Positions 40,695-50,779 of a stretch of DNA of 64,000 nucleotides are shown piece after piece. The notes under the pieces are model-generated. The model did no database searches, was not told the origin of the DNA, and was given only the letters and a program-made list of their open reading frames with translations. The stretch comes from Patescibacteria group bacterium (GTDB lineage Bacteria; Patescibacteriota; Patescibacteriia; GWA2-46-9): NCBI GenBank assembly GCA_041675205.1, contig JBAYUF010000003.1:26172-90171 (forward strand), in the 5' to 3' direction. Each line of letters starts with the position of its first letter. The stretch's first letter is position 1. Both the position numbers and the translations under genes were made by a program.

Positions 40695-41213
40695 ATGCTC
40701 GAAGCGATTCAAAGTATAAATTGGTCCGTACCAAGTTGGGATTTATTTATTGCCTTATTTTTTGTTGCGTCTGTTTTTTTCTACAGTTTCCATGTCGGCC
40801 GAGATCGACTGGTTGTTTTGCTCATTGCAACCTATATGGCGTTGGCTGTAGCCAATGCTGCGTCGCAATTTGGCGTATTGGTGTCGTTGACGTCAGCCGC
40901 TGAGGCGCACGTTTCGTTTCAATTGTCGGCATTTTTAGGAGTTTTTCTTTTTATATTTGTAACCCTATCGAGTAGCGTCTTGCTTAACGCTCTAACCGCT
41001 GGTTTGCAGGGTTCGTGGTGGCAGGTGCTCATATTTGGCATGCTACAAGCCGGGCTATTCATGAGTATCATCCTATCCCTTTTACCAACCGACCTTCTGG
41101 CTTCGTTGTCGCCAGTAACGAGAGACTTGCTCGTGAGCGGACAAGCACGATTCGTGTGGGTCACCGTACCTATTGTTGCCCTCGTACTTTTTGAGCGTCG
41201 TTCAAAGAGCTAG
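40695..41213 (+). CDS. hypothetical integral membrane protein
   Basis: 172 aa, ~5 predicted TM helices. Confidence 0.4.
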   Translation: MLEAIQSINWSVPSWDLFIALFFVASVFFYSFHVGRDRLVVLLIATYMALAVANAASQFGVLVSLTSAAEAHVSFQLSAFLGVFLFIFVTLSSSVLLNALTAGLQGSWWQVLIFGMLQAGLFMSIILSLLPTDLLASLSPVTRDLLVSGQARFVWVTVPIVALVLFERRSKS

Positions 41214-41214
41214 C

Positions 41215-42612
41215 ATGCAGGTGCTTCGTCTTTACGATTCACTCAGTCGTCGCAAAAAGGTTTTTAAGCCCATTCGGCGACGGGTCGGGCTTTATACGTG
41301 TGGTCCCACGGTGTACGACTACGCGCATATAGGTAATTTTCGAACATTTGTTTTTTATGACATCGTGCGAAGAACACTTCGTCACCTTGGATATCCGGTG
41401 CAGCACGTCATGAATATTACTGACGTTGGACACTTAGCAGCTGACTCGGATTTCGGTGAGGAAAAAATGGCCGCTGCGGCTCTTAGAGAGCGAAAAAATG
41501 CTTGGGACGTAGCCAAGGCATACACAAAAAGTTTTCTCGAAGATGCGGCCAAGCTTAATGTGTTACCCGCCAACAAACTGCCTCGGGCGACAGAGCACAT
41601 TCCCGAGCAAGTGGCGCTTATCAAAGAGTTAGAACGTAAGGGATTTACGTACAGAACAAGTGACGGCATTTATTTTGATACAGCAAAATTTCCGAAGTAC
41701 GGTCGTCTGTCTGGTCAAACACTCAAAGACAAAGTAGGCGGTAAGCGAGTCGCTATTGGCGACAAGCGTCAGGCAAGTGATTTTGCGCTTTGGAAATTTT
41801 CACCAACCGGGGTGAAGCGAGATATGGAATGGCCAAGCCCATGGGGCAAGGGTTTTCCTGGTTGGCACATCGAGTGTTCGGCTATGAGCCGGAAGTACTT
41901 ACGGCAACCGTTCGATATTCATTCTGGGGGGGTAGATCATTTGGCAGTGCATCACGAAAATGAGATTGCTCAATCCGAGGCAGCCTACGGTAAGCCGTTG
42001 GCAAACTATTGGTTGCACGGTGAATTTTTAATTGTTAAGCAAGCACGTGGTGGCTTTAAGCGTATGGGAAAATCAGAGGGGAACCTCATGACAGTTTCTG
42101 ATGTAGCGACAACGTATAACGTTGACCCATTGGCACTCCGATACCTTTTTTTGCAGACCCATTACAGAAAGCCTTTGCAGTTTGATTCGTCCGCTCTCTT
42201 GGCAGCGAATCAGGCGTTAGTACGACTTCGGGAACACGTTGCTCGACTACCACGGGCTACGCGTATTGGTGTGCCGCAAATTGAAAGTGCATTTGCGGCA
42301 GCTATAGCGAACGATTTTGACATTCCAAAAGCGCTCGCCATTGTTTGGCAATTAGTGCGCACGACAAAGAAGTACGAGGGTGCGGCAGTGCGGCGGTCGT
42401 TACGTTCATTCGATACTGTCTTAGGGCTTGGCATTGAAACTGCTCGGACAGTTTCGACTATTCCGGATACCGTGCAGCAGCTGGCGAGCGAGCGAGAAAA
42501 AGCGCGAAAAGAGAAGCGGTGGGCCGACGCAGACAGCGCACGGGATGAGGCTCAGCGGTTGGGGTATCGCATTGAAGATACTCCAAGCGGCCCACAGATA
42601 AAAAAAATATAA
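41215..42612 (+). CDS. cysS: cysteine--tRNA ligase
   Basis: CGPTVYDYAHIGN (HIGH region) and RMGKSEGN (KMSKS); start at ATG 41215 (MQVLRLYDSL). Confidence 0.85.
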   Translation: MQVLRLYDSLSRRKKVFKPIRRRVGLYTCGPTVYDYAHIGNFRTFVFYDIVRRTLRHLGYPVQHVMNITDVGHLAADSDFGEEKMAAAALRERKNAWDVAKAYTKSFLEDAAKLNVLPANKLPRATEHIPEQVALIKELERKGFTYRTSDGIYFDTAKFPKYGRLSGQTLKDKVGGKRVAIGDKRQASDFALWKFSPTGVKRDMEWPSPWGKGFPGWHIECSAMSRKYLRQPFDIHSGGVDHLAVHHENEIAQSEAAYGKPLANYWLHGEFLIVKQARGGFKRMGKSEGNLMTVSDVATTYNVDPLALRYLFLQTHYRKPLQFDSSALLAANQALVRLREHVARLPRATRIGVPQIESAFAAAIANDFDIPKALAIVWQLVRTTKKYEGAAVRRSLRSFDTVLGLGIETARTVSTIPDTVQQLASEREKARKEKRWADADSARDEAQRLGYRIEDTPSGPQIKKI

Positions 42613-42615
42613 GGT

Positions 42616-43083
42616 ATGGCTACACCAGAAATTAAAAGAGAATACACGGCAACCCCCGAGCAAGAGTTCAGTGAAACTGCTCCGCAAACTATTCCGAGAA
42701 CCGCAGTACCCGATAGCGCTGAGCCCGTGGCGCGCGCGGTGCCGCAACCGGTGTTGGTGCCAATTGTTTCCCCCCTTCAATCAGCACCAAAAAGTCAGAC
42801 ACTGCAAGAGATAGAAACGATTATGGCCGAAGATTTGGCGGGCATATACGCTTCACTTGATGCACCAACCAGAAGCGCCTTAAGGGTGTCTGGAGAGCAG
42901 GCAGCATTGAAGATTAGCATTCTTTTGCAATCAGCCAGTTCGCAATTAATTAAAATTATCAAAATCATTCGCGATTGGTTGCGAACCATTCCGGGCATTA
43001 GCTGGGCTTTTATTGAGCAGGAAACAAAAGTGAAAACAGGTAAGCTTTTGCGTCTTACCGATAAGCACGATAGGTATGAGTAG
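42616..43083 (+). CDS. hypothetical protein
   Basis: 155 aa, Pro/Ala-rich N-terminus; no motif recognised. Confidence 0.35.
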   Translation: MATPEIKREYTATPEQEFSETAPQTIPRTAVPDSAEPVARAVPQPVLVPIVSPLQSAPKSQTLQEIETIMAEDLAGIYASLDAPTRSALRVSGEQAALKISILLQSASSQLIKIIKIIRDWLRTIPGISWAFIEQETKVKTGKLLRLTDKHDRYE

Positions 43084-45607
43084 CTTCCTCCCAGCAGTGC
43101 CAAGTATAAACGAACTCACCGCCACAGTGCTCGTGTGGGGTATGATTAGCGCCGCGACGGCCCTTCTTTTTCTTTTCGTACTCTACGTATTTTATCGCCG
43201 TTTGTATCATACTGGTGCATCGTTTAACAAGGTAACCTTACTCATTACCGTACCAAAGCGTAGTCAGCAGCAAGATGAAGACAGTACGATTGAAAAAATC
43301 CGTCAGCAGATAGCCGTAGCGGAAACATTTTTTGCGGCGATTGCGGGGCTTCGAGCGGACAGAAGCGTTAGTTCCTATGTACTTGGTCGTCGTGACCATC
43401 TGTCTTTGGAACTCGTTGCTTCACAAGGCCTTCTCTCTTTTTACATTGTCGTGCCAGCGTCACTTCGTCGTTATGTTGAACAGCAAATTCATGCGCAATA
43501 TCCTGATGCCAATATTGACGTCGTCATTGAGCCAAACATTTTTTTATCACATGGCGTGGTTCGAGCTGCTGGGCTGCGTTTTCGTCGTTCGTTTATGTTT
43601 CCATTGCGTACGTATAATGATATAGAAACAGACCCCTTAGCGGCTGTAACGAACGCATTTAGTCGGGTGGGTACGAATGGTGCTGCGTTGCAAATAGTTA
43701 TTCGCTCTGCCAAGCGACGATGGCATAGGTTTGGGCAGCGAACGGCAGCTGAATTTCATCAGGGTCACTCATTCCGCGAAGCATATGCCCGTGGTCAGCG
43801 AAGCACCTTTATGCGTGGCGTGTCAGCCTTTATGCGGGCATTTCATAATCAAGCGATGCCAAAACAGCCAGCGGCACAAGCCGAGCAGGTACGGCCACAT
43901 CAACTGTCGGCCCTCGAGCAAGAGATGGCTAAACGGGTTGAACAAAAGACAAGTAAGGCTGGCGTTGAGGCGAACATTCGTATAGTGGTCTCGGCCAGTA
44001 CTGAACATGATGCCGATAGAATGCTTGATAATATGGTGCAAACGTTCAGTCAGTATAACCTTTACCAGTACGGTAACAGTTTCGTTCCCGTGCGAGTCCG
44101 CCGGCAAGTGGCATTCATACGGCGGTTTATCCATCGTCAATTTGTTCGTCGCAATTCGGTAATTCTGAACACGGAAGAGCTCGCCAGTCTATTTCATTTT
44201 CCATTGCCCTCGACCGAGACGCCGAATATTCGTTGGTTGCGTTCAAAGAAAGCCCCGCCGCCAAATGAGTTGCCTGACGAAGGCATAGTGTTGGGTGTCA
44301 ATCGATATCGCGGCGTAGATCGCGTTGTTCATTTTGACCCGGCCGATCGTCGTCGGCACTGCTACATTATTGGTACCACCGGCTCCGGAAAATCAGTGCT
44401 GATGGGGGAGATGGCCAAGCAAGATATTAAGGCCGGGCACGGGGTTTGTATTATTGATCCGCACGGCTCATTGGTTGAAGAAATACTTGAGAGTATACCG
44501 CCGGAGCGAGCCAAAGACGTCATTTATTTTGATCCGTCAGATACTGATCGGCCACTCGGGCTGAACATGCTCGAAGCCACGACGCCAGCCGAAATGGATT
44601 TTGCGACACAGGAAATGATTGCCATTTTCTACAAGCTGGTGAGCGACCCTTCAATGATTGGTCCAATGTTCGAACATAACATGCGTAACGCCATGCTAAC
44701 GCTTATGGCTGACCCGTCGGCACCAGGGACGCTTGTGGAGATTCCCCGCATGTTCACTGACACTGAATTTCAGCGTCGTAAGGTAAAAAATCTAACTGAT
44801 CCGATAGTCAAAGCCTTTTGGGAACAAGAAATGGCCAAGACGTCAGACTTTCACAAATCGGAAATGCTTGGGTATCTCATTTCAAAAGTTGGTCGATTCA
44901 TCGAGAATGCCATGATGCGAAACATCATTGGTCAGCCGAATTCGGCTTTTGATTTCCGTCGCGTTATGGATGAGAAGAAGATTTTTCTTGTGAATCTTTC
45001 AAAAGGAAAAATTGGAGAAATGAATGCGAATTTATTGGGCCTTATTATTGTTTCTAAGCTGCAAATGGCCGCGCTGTCTCGGGCTGACTCTCCGGCCGAT
45101 TCATTTCCCGACTTTTATCTTTACATCGATGAATTTCAGAACTTCATCACGGATTCGATTGCGACGATTCTTTCTGAAGCTCGAAAGTACAAGCTCAACC
45201 TTGTTATGGCGCACCAGTACGTTGGTCAACTCGTCCAAGGACAGGATACAAAAATTCGCGATGCGGTATTGGGGAATGTGGGTACGATAATTAGTTTTCG
45301 GGTGGGCGTTGAAGATGCTGAGGTTTTGGCCAAAGAGTTTGCTCCGGTCTTTAGTGAGTACGACCTGATTAATGTTGATCGTTATCACGCCTACGTTCGA
45401 CTATTGGTCCACAATAGTGTCACCCGGCCGTTCGACATAGACACCTATCCGCCAACTATTGGTTCTGCCGAACGGGCACTTTTACTTCGTGAAGCATCAC
45501 GGCTTCGCTACGGTAAAGATCGGCAGTCGGTTGAGAATGACATTCTTCTGAGAAGTAAAATTGGCCAGCTGGGTGTTACAAATGCGGTCGACGGGCCAGC
45601 ACGATAG
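43076..45607 (+). CDS. membrane-anchored VirD4/TraG/TraD-like (DUF87-type) P-loop ATPase
   Basis: N-terminal TM helix; Walker A YIIGTTGSGKSV, DPHG, Walker B LYIDEFQNF, plus blocks typical of type IV coupling / HerA-FtsK-like ATPases. Confidence 0.5.
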   Translation: MSSFLPAVPSINELTATVLVWGMISAATALLFLFVLYVFYRRLYHTGASFNKVTLLITVPKRSQQQDEDSTIEKIRQQIAVAETFFAAIAGLRADRSVSSYVLGRRDHLSLELVASQGLLSFYIVVPASLRRYVEQQIHAQYPDANIDVVIEPNIFLSHGVVRAAGLRFRRSFMFPLRTYNDIETDPLAAVTNAFSRVGTNGAALQIVIRSAKRRWHRFGQRTAAEFHQGHSFREAYARGQRSTFMRGVSAFMRAFHNQAMPKQPAAQAEQVRPHQLSALEQEMAKRVEQKTSKAGVEANIRIVVSASTEHDADRMLDNMVQTFSQYNLYQYGNSFVPVRVRRQVAFIRRFIHRQFVRRNSVILNTEELASLFHFPLPSTETPNIRWLRSKKAPPPNELPDEGIVLGVNRYRGVDRVVHFDPADRRRHCYIIGTTGSGKSVLMGEMAKQDIKAGHGVCIIDPHGSLVEEILESIPPERAKDVIYFDPSDTDRPLGLNMLEATTPAEMDFATQEMIAIFYKLVSDPSMIGPMFEHNMRNAMLTLMADPSAPGTLVEIPRMFTDTEFQRRKVKNLTDPIVKAFWEQEMAKTSDFHKSEMLGYLISKVGRFIENAMMRNIIGQPNSAFDFRRVMDEKKIFLVNLSKGKIGEMNANLLGLIIVSKLQMAALSRADSPADSFPDFYLYIDEFQNFITDSIATILSEARKYKLNLVMAHQYVGQLVQGQDTKIRDAVLGNVGTIISFRVGVEDAEVLAKEFAPVFSEYDLINVDRYHAYVRLLVHNSVTRPFDIDTYPPTIGSAERALLLREASRLRYGKDRQSVENDILLRSKIGQLGVTNAVDGPAR

Positions 45608-45706
45608 TTGAAAACTTTTTGTTAGAACACAAAACACGCTAGACGCAAGTTTATTGGGTCGCTATACTGAATGAGTGCGTAAAAGTGTCTGTCCAAAAAA
45701 AGAAAA

Positions 45707-46312
45707 ATGCAAAACGAACAAGATATAAATATAATTACCCCGACGGATGTTCTAGAGGATGAACCCTCGAATACAAAACACATTGTTGACGCCAAGGTTG
45801 CTTTGGCGCATCAGTTGCTTGAAGAGGCAGTTACATTACTTGAAAGAGTTCGTCGGTTGCTTAATATGGAAACGGTTGCGGCTAGTGGAGAGGGTGAGGA
45901 AGAGGTACTAGAAGATGATGACGAAGCGGGTGAAGGTCGTGTTGTTGAGGGTATCTTTGACGGACAACGGATGATTGGTCCCGACGGTCGTCACTATTCA
46001 GTGCCGGCCAATTATGCCTCTAAGTCTAAGCTTATTGAGGGCGATCTGCTGAAGTTAGTCATTACGGCTCGTGGCGCATTCGTTTATAAACAGATTGGTC
46101 CGTCACCCAGGCGACGACTACTCGGACTACTCGAGCATTCAACAACAGGCAGTGACTGGTGCATTAATGTGAGTGGCCGACGATATCACGCGTTGACTGC
46201 GAGTGTTACTTTCTTCCGAGGTCGTGAGGGCGACGAAGCAGTTATACTGGTGCCAGAGGGTGGTGAAAGTAAATGGGCGGCAATTGAAAATATTATTCAC
46301 GATCGGGGTTAG
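45707..46312 (+). CDS. hypothetical protein
   Basis: 201 aa with an acidic linker (EGEEEVLEDDDEAGEG); no motif recognised. Confidence 0.35.
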   Translation: MQNEQDINIITPTDVLEDEPSNTKHIVDAKVALAHQLLEEAVTLLERVRRLLNMETVAASGEGEEEVLEDDDEAGEGRVVEGIFDGQRMIGPDGRHYSVPANYASKSKLIEGDLLKLVITARGAFVYKQIGPSPRRRLLGLLEHSTTGSDWCINVSGRRYHALTASVTFFRGREGDEAVILVPEGGESKWAAIENIIHDRG

Positions 46313-46369
46313 TTTTGTTGGTATTCTGCCATTGAGCCTAAGGCTGTTTTGCGGTACGCTGCAGTAACT

Positions 46370-47851
46370 ATGCCAAGCGCACTCTATCAAAAATACCGCC
46401 CTAAGACCTGGCAAGACGTTACGAGCCAGCAGCATATTAAAACCACCCTTCAGCACGAGATTGAGCGAGACACCATAGCGAATAGCTATCTGTTCGTTGG
46501 TCCTCGAGGTGTTGGAAAAACAACTGTCGCCCGTCTTTTTGCAAAAGCTATAAATTGTACGGCTCGCGCTAAGGGCAGTGCCGAGCCATGTTTGCAGTGT
46601 CAAAGTTGTTTGAAAATTGAAGCACGCCAGTCACTTGATATTATTGAAATTGATGCCGCCTCGCATACAGGCGTTGATCATGTCCGTGAGCACATTATTG
46701 CTTCGGCCGAAGTTCATGCCGGTCACGGGGCCTATCGGGTTTTTGTGATTGATGAAGTGCACATGCTTTCGACCGCGGCCTTCAACGCCATGTTGAAGTT
46801 GATTGAAGAACCGCCACAGCATGTTGTTTTTATACTCGCCACAACCGAGGTACATAAAGTACCGCAAACTATAATTTCTCGCTGCCAGCGTTTTGATTTT
46901 AAACGCATTAGTGCCTCAGGGGTTCGAGATAGGTTGCGTCGTCTGGTGGACGCTGAACGGGCAAACGTTGCCGCTGATGTACTCGCCGCCATTGCGCTGG
47001 CGGCTGATGGTTCGCTTCGAGATGCGGAAAGTATGCTCGGTCAAGTGCTGGCGCTCGGCGAAGCCGAAATCACCATGGAGGAAGCGTCGCTGGTTATTCC
47101 TCGGGCGGTCATTAGTGAAGCTGCCGGTATGGCTGGGTCAATGCTGCGCGGTGCCGGTGGTGAGGCCATTGTGCGTATGCAGCAGCAAATTGATGCGGGT
47201 ATTTCAGTGCCGGTACTTATGGACGAAAGTGTTCGTTGGCTTCGGACGTTACTGCTCATTCGAGCCAATGACCGGCCAGACTTATTTATGCAGGACGTAT
47301 TGGGAGAGCTTTTTGAAACAGCTCTAGAACAGTCTCGAGCCGTGTCAGCAACGAATCTTATGTCGGCGCTCGACATTTTTATTCGTCGCCGGCAACTACT
47401 TGGTCAGGGCCCCGTCGAGCAATTACAAATGGAACTTGCGATTTTAGAGGTAGCTGAACGTATTGGCGTACGTGATGAGTCTCCGAGAGTACAAGGCAGT
47501 TCAAGTACGGCTTTACCGGAACCCGAGATAGCGTCGCAGGAAGTGAAGCCGTCAAAACCAGAAGTACGTGAGGCGTCTGAGGTCGTCGATGTCGCCCCTA
47601 TTGCCGGCCGATGGCAGGAGTTCGTGTCGCATGTGGCGGAAAAAAATCGTTCTCTTTCGTATGTGCTGGCAGCGGCGGTGCCGCTTGGGGTGAGCGGTAA
47701 TCGGCTCGCCATAGGCGTGCAGTATCCGTTTCATGTGGATAGACTAACAGAATCAAAAAATAGAGCTATTTTGACAGAGGCGGCTGGTTCTTTTTTTGGA
47801 ACAGCATATTTATTAGATATTAGTATCGTGAGTGCTGCACTATCGGTTTGA
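46370..47851 (+). CDS. dnaX: DNA polymerase III subunit gamma/tau
   Basis: YRPKTWQDV...GPRGVGKTT Walker A, zinc module CTARAKGSAEPCLQCQSC, SRC motif (TIISRCQRF); start at ATG 46370. Confidence 0.85.
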   Translation: MPSALYQKYRPKTWQDVTSQQHIKTTLQHEIERDTIANSYLFVGPRGVGKTTVARLFAKAINCTARAKGSAEPCLQCQSCLKIEARQSLDIIEIDAASHTGVDHVREHIIASAEVHAGHGAYRVFVIDEVHMLSTAAFNAMLKLIEEPPQHVVFILATTEVHKVPQTIISRCQRFDFKRISASGVRDRLRRLVDAERANVAADVLAAIALAADGSLRDAESMLGQVLALGEAEITMEEASLVIPRAVISEAAGMAGSMLRGAGGEAIVRMQQQIDAGISVPVLMDESVRWLRTLLLIRANDRPDLFMQDVLGELFETALEQSRAVSATNLMSALDIFIRRRQLLGQGPVEQLQMELAILEVAERIGVRDESPRVQGSSSTALPEPEIASQEVKPSKPEVREASEVVDVAPIAGRWQEFVSHVAEKNRSLSYVLAAAVPLGVSGNRLAIGVQYPFHVDRLTESKNRAILTEAAGSFFGTAYLLDISIVSAALSV

Positions 47852-47904
47852 CGCGTTTGCTCATTCTCCGTATGCTTTCTGAACTTATGGTTTGCGGGCA
47901 GTGC

Positions 47905-47975
47905 TGCCGGGTCGTCTAACGGTAGGACGCTTGGTTCTGGCCCAAGTAATCGGGGTTCGAAACCCTGCCCGGCAG
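47905..47975 (+). tRNA. tRNA-Gln (anticodon CTG)
   Basis: Hand-folded cloverleaf. Acceptor TGCCGGG/CCCGGCA, 3-bp D stem GTC/GAC with 9-nt loop (as in known tRNA-Gln), anticodon arm CTTGG-TTCTGGC-CCAAG (CTG at 47937-47939), T-arm CGGGG-TTCGAAA-CCCTG, discriminator G; CCA not encoded. Confidence 0.75.
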
Positions 47976-48012
47976 CAGTGCTCGTAAGTCGTATTTTTAA
48001 CCACATTATAGT

Positions 48013-48087
48013 ATGGGTGGAAACAGCGCCAAACGCGCTCGCCAAAAGCAGAACAAAAAGCAGGCGAAGCGTGACAAGCGGAAGTAA
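48013..48087 (+). CDS. possible 24-aa highly basic peptide (MGGNSAKRARQKQNKKQAKRDKRK)
   Basis: ATG...TAA ORF ending 3 nt before the metK start; 50% Lys/Arg; no obvious Shine-Dalgarno. Confidence 0.2.
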   Translation: MGGNSAKRARQKQNKKQAKRDKRK

Positions 48088-48090
48088 ATA

Positions 48091-49131
48091 ATGTTTGACT
48101 GGCGTACTATGTACACTGTTGAGAGTGTACGGGCTGGGCATCCAGATAAGGTCTGTGACCAAATATCTGATGCAATTCTTGATGCCTGTTTGGCACAAGA
48201 TCCATTGAGTCGAGTAGCCGTGGAGGCTTTTGGTGGCCACGGCATTATTATAATTGGTGGTGAAATAACAACCGCTGGTTACGTTGATGTTCGCAATGTG
48301 GCGTCTGCGGTCATGGCGCGGATTGGTTATAAAGAAAATATTGGTGTCGTTTCAAATATCGTTGCTCAGTCACCTGAAATTGGGGCTGGCGTAGATCAGG
48401 GTGGCGCTGGGGATCAAGGTATCATGTATGGGTATGCGACTCGGGAAACAGAACTCTATTTACCAAAGGGTGTCGCACTGGTTCATGAAATAGTGAAGCG
48501 CATTGATGCGGTGCATGATTCGGGTGCGCTGCCCTGGCTCCGGCCCGATGGCAAAGCGCAGGTCACCATTTCTGCCGGTGCGGTTGCCACGGTAGTCGTG
48601 AGTGTTCAACATACTGACGTACAGCTAGACGTTATTTCGAAGGGTATTCGTGAGCACGTGCTCGCACCCCTCAATATAGAAGCAGGTACCGTACTGATTA
48701 ATCCAGCCGGGCCATTTACCCAGGGTGGTTTTTCTGCCGATACTGGTCTCACGGGGCGAAAAATTATGGTTGATACGTACGGTGGCTTGGTGCCGCATGG
48801 TGGCGGGTGTTTTTCGGGGAAGGATGCGACGAAGGTTGATCGCTCGGGCGCTTACATGGCGCGATTTGCCGCCAAAAATATAGTTGCGAGCGGTTTGACT
48901 GAGGAGTGTTTAGTTTCCGTTGCGTATGCAATAGGTAAGGCTGAACCGGTCATGTTGTGTGCAACAACGGGGGACGGAAAAGATATATCCACAGCGCTGC
49001 GTAGTTTTGATTTTCGACCAGCGGCGATTATTGAACGGTTGGATTTACGTCGGCCAATTTTTGAAAAAACTGCCGTCTATGGTCATTTCGGCAGAGTTGC
49101 CACATGGGAAGAAATACAGCCACTGCCGTAG
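48091..49131 (+). CDS. metK: S-adenosylmethionine synthase
   Basis: GHPDKVCDQISDAILDA, GAGDQGIMYGYA, DTYGG, GGGCFSGKDATKVDRSGAY. Confidence 0.9.
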   Translation: MFDWRTMYTVESVRAGHPDKVCDQISDAILDACLAQDPLSRVAVEAFGGHGIIIIGGEITTAGYVDVRNVASAVMARIGYKENIGVVSNIVAQSPEIGAGVDQGGAGDQGIMYGYATRETELYLPKGVALVHEIVKRIDAVHDSGALPWLRPDGKAQVTISAGAVATVVVSVQHTDVQLDVISKGIREHVLAPLNIEAGTVLINPAGPFTQGGFSADTGLTGRKIMVDTYGGLVPHGGGCFSGKDATKVDRSGAYMARFAAKNIVASGLTEECLVSVAYAIGKAEPVMLCATTGDGKDISTALRSFDFRPAAIIERLDLRRPIFEKTAVYGHFGRVATWEEIQPLP

Positions 49132-49949
49132 TTCCGACGCAAAAAACTATTCTCGCCTTGCAACGTAAAATTTTACGTTGGTATGCTATTCATGGTCGAC
49201 ACGATTTGCCCTGGCGAGTTCGAAGAACACCCTACCGTGTACTTGTGGCTGAAATTATGCTGCAGCAGACCCAAGTAAGTCGTGTGCTGCCAAAATATGA
49301 AAAGTTTCTAGGACAATTTCCAAGCTTTAAGGCCTTGGCGGCTGCAAACCCTGCTACGGTTCTTCGTTTGTGGTCGGGCTTAGGATACAATCGCCGCGCA
49401 TTACAACTGTTGGCGTGTGCTAAACGGGTTTGCCAAGAGCACAGAGGTAGATTGCCAGAGGACCATAAAACGCTCCGCAGCCTTCCTGGAATTGGTGAGT
49501 ATACTGCTCGGGCGGTAAATGTTTTTTCTCGTAACAGTGCAGCGCCGTGCATCGATACGAATGTTCGTCGGGTGATTCTGTCTGAGTTAAGTTTGTCAAA
49601 GACCATGCCAGTAGGGGAACTAACCGTAGTCGCTCGACGTTTAGTACCAAAAGAAAAATCATGGTTATGGCATAGTGCACTCATGGATTATGGTGCCGCT
49701 GTTTCTACCGCACGAGCGACTGGCATTTCGCCGAAGGTCAAGCAGACGCCGTTCAAGGGCTCCGTTCGAGAAGTGCGAGGTAAAGTTCTTCGGTATCTTT
49801 TAGAACAACGGGCAGAACAGTCGATGAAAGTATTGCGGGTCGTTACCGGCGCAGAAACCCAGGTACTGCAAAAAGTTTTACTCACGTTAACGCGTGAGGG
49901 TTTTATACAGAAACGGCGAGCGGGGTATCAAATAGTAGCAGCACCGTAG
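49104..49949 (+). CDS. HhH-GPD DNA glycosylase (MutY/Nth family)
   Basis: LPWR...PYRVLVAEIMLQQTQV...LPGIGEYTARAV helix-hairpin-helix block. Confidence 0.7.
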   Translation: MGRNTATAVVPTQKTILALQRKILRWYAIHGRHDLPWRVRRTPYRVLVAEIMLQQTQVSRVLPKYEKFLGQFPSFKALAAANPATVLRLWSGLGYNRRALQLLACAKRVCQEHRGRLPEDHKTLRSLPGIGEYTARAVNVFSRNSAAPCIDTNVRRVILSELSLSKTMPVGELTVVARRLVPKEKSWLWHSALMDYGAAVSTARATGISPKVKQTPFKGSVREVRGKVLRYLLEQRAEQSMKVLRVVTGAETQVLQKVLLTLTREGFIQKRRAGYQIVAAP

Positions 49950-49984
49950 CCTTTGATACGTAGATTTGCTACCATTCTTTCACT

Positions 49985-50443
49985 ATGATAAATCGACACT
50001 ATCTCATAATCGGCGGAATCGTCATTGCGGCGCTTGTCGGCGTTCGCTTACTTAGCGGTGCCTTGCGGCAGGAATCTTATTCATCCAATGTTTCAAAAAT
50101 TACTATGCGGGAAGAAAATACAGAAAAATTAGGAATAGAGACATTGACCGAGGGTAACGGCGCTGTAGCCGTGTCAGGGAATCGGGTAGCCGTGCATTAC
50201 ACTGGCTGGTTGGTGGATGGCACAAAGTTTGATTCAAGCGTAGACAGGGGTACTCCGTTCACGTTTACCTTGGGGGCCGGTCAAGTTATTGCTGGTTGGG
50301 ATCAGGGGGTGGTGGGAATGAAGGTTGGCGAAAAACGACGATTGACCATTCCTTCGCTCCTCGGGTATGGCGCATCAGGTGTTGGGCCAATTCCGCCAAA
50401 TGCCACGCTCGTTTTTGAGGTTGAACTTTTGGCTATCAATTAA
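49985..50443 (+). CDS. FKBP-type peptidyl-prolyl cis-trans isomerase
   Basis: [16 protein letters not shown]...[27 protein letters not shown]...LVFEVELL. Confidence 0.8.
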   Translation: MINRHYLIIGGIVIAALVGVRLLSGALRQESYSSNVSKITMREENTEKLGIETLTEGNGAVAVSGNRVAVHYTGWLVDGTKFDSSVDRGTPFTFTLGAGQVIAGWDQGVVGMKVGEKRRLTIPSLLGYGASGVGPIPPNATLVFEVELLAIN

Positions 50444-50446
50444 CGT

Positions 50447-50776
50447 ATGACGTTTGACGAGTACGCCACTGAAGCCGCCAAGACTGCACTGTATGTTAAT
50501 GCTGGAAATAATGTAATTTATCCAGTCCTTGGTTTGGCGAGTGAGGCGGGTGAAGTGGCGGGTATTGTAAAAAAGGTACTTCGTGACGACGGTGGTGTAT
50601 TCAGTGATGACCGCAAGAAAAAATTAGAAGCGGAGCTCGGAGATGTGCTTTGGTACGTGGCTCGGGTAGCGGCTGAAATGGATTTATCGCTCGACGCTGT
50701 TGCAAAACAAAACATTCAGAAGCTGGCGTCTCGCCAAGAGCGCGGGGTGCTGCAGGGTAGTGGCGATAATCGATAA
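50447..50776 (+). CDS. MazG-like nucleotide pyrophosphohydrolase (small single-domain form)
   Basis: EAGEVAG...ELGDVLWYVARVAAEM MazG/EE-xx-E motifs. Confidence 0.6.
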   Translation: MTFDEYATEAAKTALYVNAGNNVIYPVLGLASEAGEVAGIVKKVLRDDGGVFSDDRKKKLEAELGDVLWYVARVAAEMDLSLDAVAKQNIQKLASRQERGVLQGSGDNR

Positions 50777-50779
50777 TAT

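Noticed and set aside
47976-48090. SAM-I riboswitch upstream of metK
   Set aside because: Intergenic region is only ~115 nt and lacks the conserved SAM-I helices and motifs.
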